From Firmicutes bacterium UBA3943 (GTDB lineage: Bacteria; Bacillota; UBA4882; UBA10575; UBA3943): a DNA stretch of 64,000 nt. A program made the translations under genes and the position numbers. The stretch covers positions 5,474 to 69,473 of the forward strand of contig DGDV01000021.1 in the NCBI GenBank assembly GCA_002385625.1, written 5' to 3'. The notes beneath the pieces were generated by a model, which saw only the letters and a list, made by a program, of their open reading frames with translations, did not search any database and was not told the DNA's origin. Positions 46,006 through 56,648 of the stretch are shown here, one piece after another (position 1 is the stretch's first letter; every line of letters begins with the position of its first letter).

Positions 46006-46719
46006 ATGCGAAAAGACACGCTGAACAACTGGGGATTTGAGTACCTGCCAATCCTCCGTAAGATATTTTTGGTGATCCTGTTTCTGTCAACATATATTTA
46101 TGCTCAGGTTCTGCCTATGGATTGGAGTTGGGAAAACGGCCCGCTTGAAATGGCGCAAAATTTTCTGCTGGCGACCGGTTTTTTGCTGATGCTTGTCTAT
46201 GCCCGGCGTACAGCGGAAACGGAACTGAGGCAGTTTTGGTTTTGGTTGTTACCGGTATGGCTCCTCTTACTGGGACGGGAACTAAGTTGGGGGAGGATCT
46301 TCTTCCCAACCCATGTGGGCCCGGAAGGACCGGTGTTTTTAGCTAAATCCCAGCTTCCGTTGGGGAATCTTATTAATCCCATAATTGGCCTCATTATCCT
46401 GGTTGTGCTCGTAATGTTTGTGCGCTATCGGATATATCGAGTCATTCTAAACTTATTTAAAGAAAGATTGTTCCCGTTTTTTGAAACATCCCTTTTTGTG
46501 CTGGCGGCAGTCTTGAGTTATCTTGGTGAAAAAATGCCCCAAAGCTTTTTCTGCGGCCGGGGTGCATTAGTGGAGGAACTTTGCGAGCTAGTAGCCTACA
46601 CCAGTTTGCTCCTGATCTGTGCGGATATCAGGTGGAAAAAGCAGTTTTCTCAGAAGGGCGGCAAACCAAGGGCTGGTAGCGGCACTGCGCCACATATTTC
46701 TAGTTCCCCGGGAAATTAA
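46006..46719 (+). CDS. Hypothetical multi-pass membrane protein
   Basis: About 6 TM; ENGPLE..Q, RELSWGR, EEL.EL motifs. Confidence 0.75.
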   Translation: MRKDTLNNWGFEYLPILRKIFLVILFLSTYIYAQVLPMDWSWENGPLEMAQNFLLATGFLLMLVYARRTAETELRQFWFWLLPVWLLLLGRELSWGRIFFPTHVGPEGPVFLAKSQLPLGNLINPIIGLIILVVLVMFVRYRIYRVILNLFKERLFPFFETSLFVLAAVLSYLGEKMPQSFFCGRGALVEELCELVAYTSLLLICADIRWKKQFSQKGGKPRAGSGTAPHISSSPGN

Positions 46720-46913
46720 TAATACCCATAAAGACCCGTGCAGGCGGGGAATTTTAGACATTGCGCCGGCAAATTGTTAAAACGGCAACAAGGGCAGGCG
46801 GCAATGAATGAAGTTTTCCAAGTGAACGGCTGATCCGGTAGCTGTAAAGCGCAATATAAGGCGGGGGTAAAATGTTAAAGGACAAACCCTGGCCGAAAAA
46901 TTAAGGAGGAAAT

Positions 46914-47147
46914 ATGTCGCCACGCGGCAACAATCTGAAAAGGGTACGCGGATGGTTGCTACAATTTAAGGTAATCTTCGGGCTGACATTCTCTGTAATT
47001 ACCGGGTTTTTGCTCGGGTATTTCTTGGGTGGCCCGGGTCTTAGATCTTATTTGGGCCTGGCCGGTGCCGTAGCCGGTTTTTTTGTGGGTATAACCTACC
47101 TTGTTAAACTGGCCGGCCAGGAGCAAAAGGGAAAAAAGGGAAGATGA
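46914..47147 (+). CDS. Small two-TM protein, AtpZ-like, leading the V-ATPase operon
   Basis: AAGGAGG RBS; two Gly-rich TM helices. Confidence 0.6.
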   Translation: MSPRGNNLKRVRGWLLQFKVIFGLTFSVITGFLLGYFLGGPGLRSYLGLAGAVAGFFVGITYLVKLAGQEQKGKKGR

Positions 47148-47222
47148 CGAGGAGGATTTTTGGGATGTTAGGCCGAACAACCATGGTAATGCCTTTCAAC
47201 CGTAAGCAAACGAGGTGAAAGA

Positions 47223-47534
47223 ATGGCTAGCGAAACATGGGAAAAGTTGAGCCTGGCAGAGAAGGAAGCCAATGCGTTGGTGGATGAAGCCAAGGCTAAA
47301 TCAGCAACGCTTTTGGCCAAAGTTCGCCAAGCCCTCCAGGAGGAGCGAACGAAGACTTTGGAAGAGGCCAGGCGTTTAGGGGAAGAAGCCGTGGCGCAGA
47401 GGAAAGCTGAGGCGGAGGAAAAAGCCATGGTCATCAGGCAAGAGACCGATGAACGAATTGCGGAGTTGCATTGGGTTAGCGGGGAAAAGCTGTTGACAGC
47501 CGCTCAATTCATAGTAGAGAGGGTTCTTGAATAA
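47223..47534 (+). CDS. V/A-ATPase subunit G/H (peripheral stalk)
   Basis: AEKEA..LV.EAK coiled coil; directly before subunit I. Confidence 0.8.
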   Translation: MASETWEKLSLAEKEANALVDEAKAKSATLLAKVRQALQEERTKTLEEARRLGEEAVAQRKAEAEEKAMVIRQETDERIAELHWVSGEKLLTAAQFIVERVLE

Positions 47535-49483
47535 TGGCAATCGCACCAATGAAACATCTGGAGCTGTATGGGCTCCTGCCTCACAAGCGTGTTTTCTTAC
47601 GGGAACTGCAAAAACTGGGTCTGGTTGAGATTACCGATATCTCAACGGAGCAGGCGGAACGGTTTGAAAAAGAGTCCTTGGAGCAGATCGGCGCCATCGA
47701 AAAGGACCTTAATCGCCTCTCCCGGGTTTTGGCGGTTCTGAATCGCTTTGATCCGCAAAAGCCCAATTTGGTGGAGCAATTTACCGGCATCAGAACGGTC
47801 CTGACCGAGCAGGAACGGGAAGAGCTGTTAAGCCGCAGTGATGAACTGGTGTCCATCGTGGAGAGCATCCTGCAGGACGAGAGTACATATAACCGACTGG
47901 AACAGGAGAACGCCGAGACTAAGCGGGGACTGGCGGAACTGGCTCCGTGGGAAGGCCTGCAACTTTCCGTGGAGGAGATCGCTGCTCTAAAGCGGGTCAA
48001 GATCCTCACTGGAACTGTTGAGGGAAAGATCGATCCGCTGGTGGAGATCTTGGAGCAAGCGGGCGTTCCCTATGTGCTGGAGGTCATCGGTCGCTTGGCC
48101 GATCGTTACTATCTGGCGCTTTATTTGCCGGCATCTGCATTGGCTGCCGCCTCTTTGAAGACCGCTGGTTTTACGGAGTCTGCCCCACCAATTGCCCGGG
48201 GAACCGTGGCTAAAGGGAAAAAGCAACTGGAAGCCAGGTTAGAAGGACTGGAAAAAGAATTGGCGGAAGTGCGGGAACGGCTGCATTCCTATAGCCAACA
48301 CCGCCGGTTAATTCAGGTCTTTTATGATCAGATGTATAACGCTAAATTGCGGGCGGAGGTCGAACGCCATATTATTGGGGGAAGCCGGGTTTTTGCCCTG
48401 GAAGGATGGGTGGAAGCGGCGAGAGAACCGATCGTGGCTGAGGCCCTGAAGAAACTGAAGTTACCCCATGAACTAATCCTGCGTGAACCCAACGAGGAAG
48501 AAGAGGTCCCCGTAGTTTTACATAATACCAAGGCGATCACCCCCTTTGAATCCTTAATTGAATCCTTTAGTTTACCCCGGCAGCAAGAGGTGGATCCTAC
48601 GCCGAGTGTAGCCCCGTTTTTCTTCATCTTTTTCGGCATGGCCCTGGGTGATGCCGGTTATGGCTTGGTCATGGCAGCCATCTGTTTTTGGCTGTTGCGC
48701 AAGACAGTTATGCGGCCCTCCGGGAAGAAACTGGCATGGATGTTTATCTTCAGTTCCCTGGGGGCGGTCTTGTTTGGCTTCATTGTTTCCAGCTTTTTTG
48801 GTTACTCCCCTTATAAGGGGTTGTTCAGCCCCACGGGCGATTCCATGCTCCTACTGGGCTTGGCCTTTGGTCTAGGTTTAATCCAACTCTATGTGGGGAC
48901 GATGATTAGCGGTTGGATGAGCATCCGGGACGGACGCTGGCAGGATGCCTTCTGGAACCAAGGATTATGGTTACTCTTTTTAACTGCTATTCTGCTGGTT
49001 CTGGGTAAATCGGCCCTTGGTTTAGAGGCTTATTCGCACATGATCAATACCGGAGCTCTCATCATCACTGCCTTACTGGTCCTTGGCAATATGCGGGGGA
49101 AGAAAGGACTAGCGGCCAAGCTTTTGGCTATCCCGGGCGGGCTGTTTACCATCTACGGCAGTATTGGTTTTTTCAGTGACGTCCTGTCCTATGCCCGGTT
49201 GATGGCGCTCGGCTTGTCTGGTGGCGTCATGGCCTCTGTGATTAATATGTTTGTGGGCATGGCCTGGCAGGTTCCCTGGGTAGGCTGGTTGATTGCTGTC
49301 GCTTTGTTTTTGGTTGGTCATGGCTTGAACTTTGGCCTGAGTATCCTTGGTGCTTACGTGCATTGCAGCCGCCTGCAGTTTCTGGAGTTCTTCGGTAAAT
49401 TCTTCGAGGGCGGAGGCAAGCCGTTTACTCCTTTGCAATGGGAAAATCAATATATATTTCAAGCAGAAGAAAGGGAGGCATAA
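47534..49483 (+). CDS. ntpI: V/A-ATPase subunit I (a)
   Basis: EVDPT, GDAGYG, SDVLSYARLMALGL, VH..RLQFLEFFGKF. Confidence 0.95.
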   Translation: MAIAPMKHLELYGLLPHKRVFLRELQKLGLVEITDISTEQAERFEKESLEQIGAIEKDLNRLSRVLAVLNRFDPQKPNLVEQFTGIRTVLTEQEREELLSRSDELVSIVESILQDESTYNRLEQENAETKRGLAELAPWEGLQLSVEEIAALKRVKILTGTVEGKIDPLVEILEQAGVPYVLEVIGRLADRYYLALYLPASALAAASLKTAGFTESAPPIARGTVAKGKKQLEARLEGLEKELAEVRERLHSYSQHRRLIQVFYDQMYNAKLRAEVERHIIGGSRVFALEGWVEAAREPIVAEALKKLKLPHELILREPNEEEEVPVVLHNTKAITPFESLIESFSLPRQQEVDPTPSVAPFFFIFFGMALGDAGYGLVMAAICFWLLRKTVMRPSGKKLAWMFIFSSLGAVLFGFIVSSFFGYSPYKGLFSPTGDSMLLLGLAFGLGLIQLYVGTMISGWMSIRDGRWQDAFWNQGLWLLFLTAILLVLGKSALGLEAYSHMINTGALIITALLVLGNMRGKKGLAAKLLAIPGGLFTIYGSIGFFSDVLSYARLMALGLSGGVMASVINMFVGMAWQVPWVGWLIAVALFLVGHGLNFGLSILGAYVHCSRLQFLEFFGKFFEGGGKPFTPLQWENQYIFQAEEREA

Positions 49484-49486
49484 CTG

Positions 49487-49981
49487 ATGAATGCAAATGC
49501 AGCCGGTTTGTTTGTTGGAGTGGATTGGGGTTTAACATTGGCTTATCTTGGTGCAGCGATTGCGGTTGTTCTCTCGGGTTATGGCTCGGCTAGGGGTGTG
49601 GCCACTGCCGGGCAGGCTGCCGCCGGTGTGGTGACGGAGGATCCGTCAAAATACGGTAAAACCATTATTCTTACAGCACTGCCTGGTTCACAAGGTATCT
49701 ATGGTTTTGTTATCGGGATGCTGATCTTCCTGAAATTGCAAGGAAAGGCTTCGATTCCTATTTCAGCGGGTTGGAGTCTCTTGGCGGCCGGTATTCCCAT
49801 TGGGATTGTGGGCTTGCTTTCTGCCCTCTGGCAGGGCCGGGTTGCTGCCGCGGGTATCGGCATTGTCGCAAAACGTCCGGAAGAAGCCTCCAAGGGTCTG
49901 GTTTACGCCGGTATGGTGGAAACCTATGCCATTTTGTCCCTGGTTATATCCTTCTTCCTGTTGAACAACGTAACCCTTTAA
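49487..49981 (+). CDS. ntpK: V/A-ATPase subunit K (c), 4-TM Na+-type proteolipid
   Basis: LPGSQGIYG, WQG, VETYA resemble the E. hirae NtpK Na+ site. Confidence 0.94.
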   Translation: MNANAAGLFVGVDWGLTLAYLGAAIAVVLSGYGSARGVATAGQAAAGVVTEDPSKYGKTIILTALPGSQGIYGFVIGMLIFLKLQGKASIPISAGWSLLAAGIPIGIVGLLSALWQGRVAAAGIGIVAKRPEEASKGLVYAGMVETYAILSLVISFFLLNNVTL

Positions 49982-50043
49982 GGTTATAAAGTACCCAACA
50001 GAATATTTTTTAGGATGAATTTTTTATTAGGTGGGGAATTGAC

Positions 50044-50640
50044 ATGACCCAAGGCTTGTCCGAATTGACCAACCACATGCTTGAGGAGGCAAAACTTCAA
50101 GCCAAAGCCGAAGAGGACCGGGGACGGGAAGAGGCGGAGCGCCTGGCCGTGGATTTCCGGAAGGCTACGGCGGAGATGGCCGAGGCCATTCAGGAGGAAT
50201 ACCGTCGCAAGGGTGAAGATGAGGCCCGCCGGATCATCAGCCAGGCGGAGATGGAGGCCAAGCTGCGTATCCTCCAAGCCAAACAGGAGATTCTCGGGAT
50301 TGCCTTTGAACGGAGTCGGGATAAATTGATGGCCCTGCCGGAGAAGACAAAACGGGGTTTTTACAAGAAGAATCTCTTGGCCGCCGTTGAAGAAGGTACG
50401 GAGACCATCAGGGTGGCCGCTGACGAGCGGGAACTCTGGGTCAGCTTGTTGCAAGAGGTAAATAAGGAACTGGTGAAGAAGGGATTGCCCGGTCAGTTGC
50501 AACTGGCGGAAGAACCGGCTGAGATATCTGGCGGTTTCTTGCTCCAGGGAAAACACTTTGAGGTCAACGGCTCAATTGAGGCACTGCTAGCAGCAGTTGA
50601 GGAGCGGCTTCGCCCCGAAGTCGCGCGGATTTTGTTTTAA
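50044..50640 (+). CDS. ntpE: V/A-ATPase subunit E
   Basis: N-terminal coiled coil, ISGGF, EVNGS, VARILF. Confidence 0.9.
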   Translation: MTQGLSELTNHMLEEAKLQAKAEEDRGREEAERLAVDFRKATAEMAEAIQEEYRRKGEDEARRIISQAEMEAKLRILQAKQEILGIAFERSRDKLMALPEKTKRGFYKKNLLAAVEEGTETIRVAADERELWVSLLQEVNKELVKKGLPGQLQLAEEPAEISGGFLLQGKHFEVNGSIEALLAAVEERLRPEVARILF

Positions 50641-50652
50641 CGTAACGGAGGG

Positions 50653-51600
50653 ATGGGCATGGCCTATACCGATTATGCGTATGCCGTCGGCCGCATCCGG
50701 GCCCTGGAGATAGGGTTGATCCCTGATAACCTGCTGGAACGGTTGATGTCGGTCGCATCCGCCCAGGAAGCCCTGCAGGTATTGGCGGAGACGGAATACG
50801 GCGCGGTGGCCCATGACGGGGATTATGAGACCCTCATCGAAGACGAACTGCTTCGCGTATATCAATTATTACAAGAACTGGCCCCTGCATCCGAGGCGAT
50901 CAAAGTCTTTCGGTTCCGTTGGGACTTGCATAACATCAAACTGTTGGCCGCCGGTGGGAACGGTAAACCTAGCCGGCTTGGAAACTTTCCCTGGGAAGTC
51001 CTGTGGGAGATGTTGAACCGGGCTGACTACAGCCGACTGCCTGTTGAGTTTCAAACGGTACTGAATCAATTCCAGGAAGCCGAATCTTCTTCGGCCGCCC
51101 AGCTGGATCAAGCCTACTACAGCTACGGGAAACGGGTCTTGTGCGCCAAAGAAGGTATCCTGCGCGACTATTGGCTGGCCCGATTGGATCTGACCAATCT
51201 CCGTTTGTTGGTGCGGCTGCGGAAGGTTGGCGCACCGTTGGAAGATTTTGTGAAATTTATGGTGGCCCACGGCTTGATTGCGCAAAAAGAATGGTTGGAA
51301 GTGTATGGGGCGCCCTGGGAGGCTGTTGTTGCCTGGTTGGGTTACAAACCTTACCATAGTATTGCCCGAGACGGGGTTGCCTCTTTAACTGACTTACCTG
51401 TGTTGGAACGGGAGATCGACAATTATCTCCTGGAACGGTTGGACCGTGCCAAGTGGGTGGCCTTGGGGGTTGAACCCTTGATTGCCTACCTGCTGGCAAA
51501 GGAAACGGAAGCAAAAAACCTCCGCCTAATCCTTGCGGGCAAAAGCAACCGCCTGTCCACAGAGACAGTGAAAAGGAGGTTGCGCCGTGGCTACATTTAA
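50653..51600 (+). CDS. ntpC: V/A-ATPase subunit C (d)
   Basis: YAVGRIRALE, L.ETEY, D.HNIK, KE.E.KNLRLIL.GK. Confidence 0.92.
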   Translation: MGMAYTDYAYAVGRIRALEIGLIPDNLLERLMSVASAQEALQVLAETEYGAVAHDGDYETLIEDELLRVYQLLQELAPASEAIKVFRFRWDLHNIKLLAAGGNGKPSRLGNFPWEVLWEMLNRADYSRLPVEFQTVLNQFQEAESSSAAQLDQAYYSYGKRVLCAKEGILRDYWLARLDLTNLRLLVRLRKVGAPLEDFVKFMVAHGLIAQKEWLEVYGAPWEAVVAWLGYKPYHSIARDGVASLTDLPVLEREIDNYLLERLDRAKWVALGVEPLIAYLLAKETEAKNLRLILAGKSNRLSTETVKRRLRRGYI

Positions 51601-51928
51601 GATGGCAGTCATCGGAGAAGAGGACTTAATCCGCGGTTACGGTCTCTTGGGCTTGGAGCTCTTTCCGGCGAAGGATAGTGAAGAAGGCCGGCGCATCCTT
51701 CAGCAACTGAAGGATGATAAGGAATTTGGCATTATCTTTATTACGGAATCCATCGCCCAGTCATTTGCCGCTGATGTGGCAGAATGGGGCAGCCGCCCCT
51801 TGCCAAGTATCGTTTATATACCAGGAACAGCTGGAAACGAGGGGTTTGCCCTCGAGCGTATCCGCCGGATCGTGGAGCGCGCGGTAGGAGCAGACATCTT
51901 GATGGGGAAAGAGGTCGGTAAGGCGTGA
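51587..51928 (+). CDS. ntpF: V/A-ATPase subunit F
   Basis: [22 protein letters not shown]. Confidence 0.93.
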   Translation: MATFKMAVIGEEDLIRGYGLLGLELFPAKDSEEGRRILQQLKDDKEFGIIFITESIAQSFAADVAEWGSRPLPSIVYIPGTAGNEGFALERIRRIVERAVGADILMGKEVGKA

Positions 51929-53685
51929 AAGAAGGGAAGATCGTTAAAGTCTCCGGGCCCTTGGTGGTCGCGGAAGGTATACCCAATGCCCGAATGTATG
52001 ATGTGGTCCGGGTCAGTAAGGAACGTTTGATCGGCGAGATCATTGAATTGCGCGGGGACCGCGCATCGATCCAGGTCTATGAAGAAACCACCGGACTTGG
52101 CCCGGGGGATCCGGTCTATTCCACCGGCGCGCCCCTCAGTGTGGAACTGGGTCCGGGTTTGATTGAAGCCATTTACGACGGCATTCAGCGTCCCCTGGAT
52201 GCCATTGCCGAACGCGGCGATCGCATTGCCCGGGGGATCGATCTGCCGGGACTCCGCCGGGATAAGAAGTGGCGGTTTGAGCCCAGGTTGCAGGAGGGCG
52301 CCTATGTGGTTGCCGGCGATATTCTTGGTGTTGTTCAAGAGACCATCATCGTTGAACATAGGATTATGGTACCCCCGGGTGTGGAAGGTAAATTGGTGAA
52401 GATCTTTGCCGGGGAGTTTACAGTGGAAGAGCCCATTGCCGTGGTGGAAACGGAGGAAGGCAACCGGGAGCTCACCATGATGCAGCGGTGGCCGGTGCGA
52501 CGGGGCAGACCATACAAGGAAAAACTCTTCCCGGACCGCATGATGTCCACAGGACAACGGATTATTGATACCTTTTTCCCTATTGCCCGGGGTGGTACAG
52601 CGGCAATTCCCGGACCCTTTGGCAGCGGGAAGACGGTGGTCCAGCACCAGTTGGCCAAATGGGCCGATGCGGATATCATTGTCTACGTCGGTTGCGGTGA
52701 ACGCGGTAATGAAATGACCGATGTTCTGATGGAGTTTCCTGAGTTGAAAGATCCCAAGACCGGTGAGGATTTGATGCGCCGGACGGTTTTGGTGGCCAAT
52801 ACTTCCGATATGCCGGTGGCGGCGCGGGAGGCTTCGATTTATACCGGGATCACCATTGCCGAATATTTCCGGGATATGGGCTACAATGTGGCGATTATGG
52901 CCGATTCCACCTCCCGCTGGGCCGAGGCGTTGCGGGAGATGTCGGGCCGGTTGGAAGAGATGCCCGGCGAAGAAGGTTACCCGGCGTACCTGGGTTCCCG
53001 TCTGGCCGACTACTATGAACGGGCTGGCCGGGTGCGCTGTTTGGGCAGCGAGGAGAGGGAAGGCTCCATCACAGCGGTGGGTGCGGTTTCCCCGCCCGGT
53101 GGCGACCTGTCGGAACCGGTTACCCAAGCCACCCTCCGGATTGTCAAGGTCTTCTGGGGATTGGATTCTTCCCTGGCGTACCGGCGGCATTTCCCGGCGA
53201 TTAACTGGTTGAACAGCTATTCGTTATATAACGAACGCTTGCGGGAATATTTTGAACAGGCGATTGGCGAGGAGTGGACACAGCTGCGGAGCCGCGCCAT
53301 GCGGATCTTGCAACAAGAAGCCGAGTTGGAAGAGATCGTCCGGCTGGTGGGGATGGATGCGCTGTCACCGCGGGATCAGCTCACCATGGAAGTAGCCAGG
53401 TCTATCCGGGAAGACTACCTGCACCAAAACGCCTTCCACGAAATTGATACATATACCTCCATCCAAAAACAACTGGCTCTGCTCAAGGCGGTGTTGGCCT
53501 TTGAGGACGCCGGGGTGAAACTCCTGGAGAAGGGTAGAACAATTGGGGAGATCCTGGGGTTGCCCATCCGCGAACGGATCGCCAAAGCCAAATATGTGCC
53601 TGAGGATCAGATTGAGACGATCAATAGCCTCACCAATGAGATTTTGGCGCTGGCTGAAGAAGAAGTCGCCATGGAGGTGGGCTGA
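51925..53685 (+). CDS. ntpA: V/A-ATPase subunit A
   Basis: [27 protein letters not shown]. Confidence 0.97.
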   Translation: MKEGKIVKVSGPLVVAEGIPNARMYDVVRVSKERLIGEIIELRGDRASIQVYEETTGLGPGDPVYSTGAPLSVELGPGLIEAIYDGIQRPLDAIAERGDRIARGIDLPGLRRDKKWRFEPRLQEGAYVVAGDILGVVQETIIVEHRIMVPPGVEGKLVKIFAGEFTVEEPIAVVETEEGNRELTMMQRWPVRRGRPYKEKLFPDRMMSTGQRIIDTFFPIARGGTAAIPGPFGSGKTVVQHQLAKWADADIIVYVGCGERGNEMTDVLMEFPELKDPKTGEDLMRRTVLVANTSDMPVAAREASIYTGITIAEYFRDMGYNVAIMADSTSRWAEALREMSGRLEEMPGEEGYPAYLGSRLADYYERAGRVRCLGSEEREGSITAVGAVSPPGGDLSEPVTQATLRIVKVFWGLDSSLAYRRHFPAINWLNSYSLYNERLREYFEQAIGEEWTQLRSRAMRILQQEAELEEIVRLVGMDALSPRDQLTMEVARSIREDYLHQNAFHEIDTYTSIQKQLALLKAVLAFEDAGVKLLEKGRTIGEILGLPIRERIAKAKYVPEDQIETINSLTNEILALAEEEVAMEVG

Positions 53686-53687
53686 GG

Positions 53688-55061
53688 ATGCACAAGGAAT
53701 ACCGTACGGTCAAAGAAGTGGTTGGGCCACTGATGTTGGTGGACCAGGTCACAGAGGTAAAATATGGTGAGTTAGTGGAGATCGAGGTAGGGAAGGAAAT
53801 CCGCCATGGGCAGGTCCTGGAGGCCAACGGCGACAAAGCCTTGGTTCAGCTCTTTGAGGGATCGACCGGTTTGAATCTCTTCGGCAGTAAAGTACGCTTT
53901 CTTGGCCGGAGTATGCAGATTGGGGTTTCCCCGGATGTGCTTGGCCGGGTCTTTGACGGGATGGGCCGTCCCAAAGATAATGGGCCGGAGATCATCCCCG
54001 ACCGCCGGGTGGATGTGAACGGCAGCCCGATTAACCCATATAAACGGGATTACCCGTCCCAGTTTATCCAGACAGGGATCTCCGCGATTGACGGTTTAAA
54101 TACCTTGGTACGCGGGCAGAAGCTGCCGATCTTTTCCGCGTCGGGCCTGCCCCACGCCCAACTGGCGGCGCAGATCGCCCGGCAGGCTAAGGTCTTGGGG
54201 GACGATGAAAAGTTTGCGGTGGTCTTTGGTGCCATGGGTATTACCTTCGAAGAAGCCGAGTATTTCATAGGTGACTTTCGCCGGACCGGCGCCATTGAAC
54301 GGGCGGTTCTCTTTATGAACCTGGCTAATGACCCGGCGATTGAGCGGATCTCCACGCCGCGGATGGCCCTCTCGGTCGCCGAGTATCTGGCCTTTGACTT
54401 GGATATGCATGTGTTGGTCATCCTGACGGATATGACCAACTACGCCGAGGCGCTGCGGGAGATCTCCGCCGCCCGCCGGGAGGTGCCAGGCCGCCGTGGT
54501 TATCCCGGTTATCTTTACACTGACCTCGCCACCATTTATGAGCGGGCGGGCCGGATCAAGGGGAAGAAGGGCTCCATCACCCAGATCCCCATCCTTTCCA
54601 TGCCTGAAGATGATAAGACCCATCCCATCCCCGATCTGACGGGGTACATCACCGAGGGACAGATCATTCTCAGCCGGGAGTTGCACCGCAAGGGCATTTA
54701 TCCACCGATTGATGTGTTGCCCTCCCTGTCGCGGCTGAAGGATAAAGGGATTGGGCAAGGCAAGACTCGGGAAGATCATGCTGATACCATGAATCAGCTG
54801 TTTGCGGCCTATGCCAGGGGGAAAGAGGCCAAGGACCTGGCGGTGATCCTCGGTGAAGCGGCCTTGACCGAGCTTGATAAAAAGTTTGCCAAGTTTGCCG
54901 ATGCCTTTGAGGACCGCTACGTCCGGCAGGGCTTCGAAGAGAACCGGAGTATCGAGGAGACCCTGCGGATTGGTTGGGAGCTCCTGACACTGATCCCGCG
55001 GAGTGAGTTGAAACGGATCCGTGAGGAATACATTGAGAAATACTTGCCTAAGGCGGAGTAG
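53688..55061 (+). CDS. ntpB: V/A-ATPase subunit B
   Basis: [23 protein letters not shown]. Confidence 0.97.
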   Translation: MHKEYRTVKEVVGPLMLVDQVTEVKYGELVEIEVGKEIRHGQVLEANGDKALVQLFEGSTGLNLFGSKVRFLGRSMQIGVSPDVLGRVFDGMGRPKDNGPEIIPDRRVDVNGSPINPYKRDYPSQFIQTGISAIDGLNTLVRGQKLPIFSASGLPHAQLAAQIARQAKVLGDDEKFAVVFGAMGITFEEAEYFIGDFRRTGAIERAVLFMNLANDPAIERISTPRMALSVAEYLAFDLDMHVLVILTDMTNYAEALREISAARREVPGRRGYPGYLYTDLATIYERAGRIKGKKGSITQIPILSMPEDDKTHPIPDLTGYITEGQIILSRELHRKGIYPPIDVLPSLSRLKDKGIGQGKTREDHADTMNQLFAAYARGKEAKDLAVILGEAALTELDKKFAKFADAFEDRYVRQGFEENRSIEETLRIGWELLTLIPRSELKRIREEYIEKYLPKAE

Positions 55062-55133
55062 CCTCTTTTTTGCTCTTGCCGGAAGGCAAAAGGGGCAAGG
55101 GGAAGGTACCGACCCAAAACCGGGGGTGAGACC

Positions 55134-55754
55134 ATGGAGATCCGGGTGAATCCCACCCGCATGGAGTTGACAAGACTCAAGAAACGACTGGCCGTGGCAG
55201 TCCGGGGCCATAAGTTGTTAAAGGATAAACTAGACGAATTGATGAAGAACTTCTTTGACCTTGTGGAAGAAAACCGCCGGTTGCGTGAACGGGTGGAAGC
55301 GGAACTGGCGCTGGCCAATGGCGGTTTTGCCATGGCAAGGGCGATCATGTCCCGTGAGGTGCTGGAGGCAGCGATTATTACCTCACGGGGCCGCGCCGTC
55401 CTGGAAGCAAAGACGCAATCCAGAATGAATGTGGAGGTTCCCGTCTTTAAATTAGCGATGGAGCAGGCCAACGGCTATGGTTTTGGGCTGACAGAGACCT
55501 CCGGCGAATTGGATGAGGCTGTCCGGTCATTGGCGGAGACCTTTGCCTCCCTAGTGCAGTTGGCCCAGGTGGAAAAGACGGTGGAGCTGATGGCTGCGGA
55601 GATTGAGCGGACCAGGCGGCGGGTGAATGCCCTGGAGCATGTCCTGATCCCGCAACTTAGGGAGAAAGCCAAATTTATCACCATGAAACTGGATGAGAAC
55701 GAACGGGGTAACCTGACCCGTTTAATGAAGGTTAAAGAAATGGTCCGCCAGTAG
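55134..55754 (+). CDS. ntpD: V/A-ATPase subunit D
   Basis: NPTRMEL, RGHKLLKDK, TRRRVNALE. Confidence 0.96.
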   Translation: MEIRVNPTRMELTRLKKRLAVAVRGHKLLKDKLDELMKNFFDLVEENRRLRERVEAELALANGGFAMARAIMSREVLEAAIITSRGRAVLEAKTQSRMNVEVPVFKLAMEQANGYGFGLTETSGELDEAVRSLAETFASLVQLAQVEKTVELMAAEIERTRRRVNALEHVLIPQLREKAKFITMKLDENERGNLTRLMKVKEMVRQ

Positions 55755-55766
55755 AGAATTAACCGC

Positions 55767-55797
55767 AAAAAAGCCGGAAGCTCATGCTCCCGGCTTT
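55767..55797. terminator. Hairpin terminator after ntpD
   Basis: AAAAAAGCCGG...CCGGCTTT. Confidence 0.65.
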
Positions 55798-56055
55798 GCC
55801 GTATATGCTTATAATTTAAAGGTTGATATGGTTGGTGGCCCGTTCATCGCTTCTCCTGTGCATTTTGAGAAGTTGCATCGCTTTCTTTGCCAATCCAATT
55901 GGTGGATATTCATAACTTTATTCAGTTAGATGAGGTAATAAAATATATTTAATCATATGTTAACGGATTATTCATAATTACCAAAGAAGATTTGCAATAA
56001 ATGTGCCGAATAATAAAACAGGGATTACACTTGGTTAGTTGAAGGAAGTGGTTGG

Positions 56056-56274
56056 GTGAAACGTCATTTTGAAGGCAGGGAAGAGATTTATAATCCACAA
56101 ACCGGAGAGACGGTGGAGGTCTACGTTTATTATGAGTACATACCCGGTCGGGTGGGAAACTACCGTGCCGAATTGGCCAAAGAGGTGACCGGATCTTCTC
56201 TTTATGGTGAGGGCGATACTTATGAAGAAGCGGTGGAACGCCTGAGTCGTAAACTTTTGATATTAGCTTCCTAG
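56056..56274 (+). CDS. Small hypothetical protein, HicB-N-like fold
   Basis: GEGDTYEEAVERL resembles the HicB G.T.EEA motif; 72 aa. Confidence 0.5.
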   Translation: MKRHFEGREEIYNPQTGETVEVYVYYEYIPGRVGNYRAELAKEVTGSSLYGEGDTYEEAVERLSRKLLILAS

Positions 56275-56303
56275 CAGTCCCTGGTGGGACTAATTTTTTA
56301 AGT

Positions 56304-56330
56304 AAAAAAACAGGATTTTTATCCTGTTTT
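56304..56330. terminator. Bidirectional terminator downstream of tRNA-Pro
   Basis: AAAAAAACAGGAT-TTTT-ATCCTGTTTT. Confidence 0.75.
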
Positions 56331-56341
56331 GTTTGTTTTAA

Positions 56342-56418
56342 TGGTCGGGGTGAGAGGATTTGAACCTCCGACCTTTCGGTCCCGAACCGAACGCTCTACC
56401 AAGCTGAGCCACACCCCG
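56342..56418 (-). tRNA. tRNA-Pro(CGG)
   Basis: CGGGGTG acceptor, TTCGG-TT-CGG-GA-CCGAA anticodon arm, GGTTCAAATCC, encoded CCA. Confidence 0.97.
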
Positions 56419-56477
56419 ATACGTACTAGCTGTAAGACCGATAAGTTAAGAGCAAAGGAAAAACAGCAGCAAATATA

Positions 56478-56506
56478 AGTATAGCAGAGGTATAATCATT
56501 TGTCAA
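56478..56506 (-). promoter_or_regulatory. SigA promoter of tRNA-Pro
   Basis: TTGACA-N17-TATACT with extended -10 TG on minus strand. Confidence 0.85.
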
Positions 56507-56648
56507 AAGAAAAGTGATGCTGGCCCAAAATGCTCCACCAAGCAGGAATAGCAGGTAGAAATGGGGAATTCTTGCATTACCCTAAATTGTACTATATTTG
56601 TTTGCAGCACGCTTTCCAAGTTTGCATGGTACAATTAATAAGGAGGTA

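Noticed and set aside
51814..55211. Long antisense ORFs (458 aa and 371 aa) opposite ntpA and ntpB
   Set aside because: Shadow frames of conserved GC-rich genes; no recognisable motifs
55809..55913. 34-codon minus-strand ORF after ntpD
   Set aside because: No RBS and no recognisable motif
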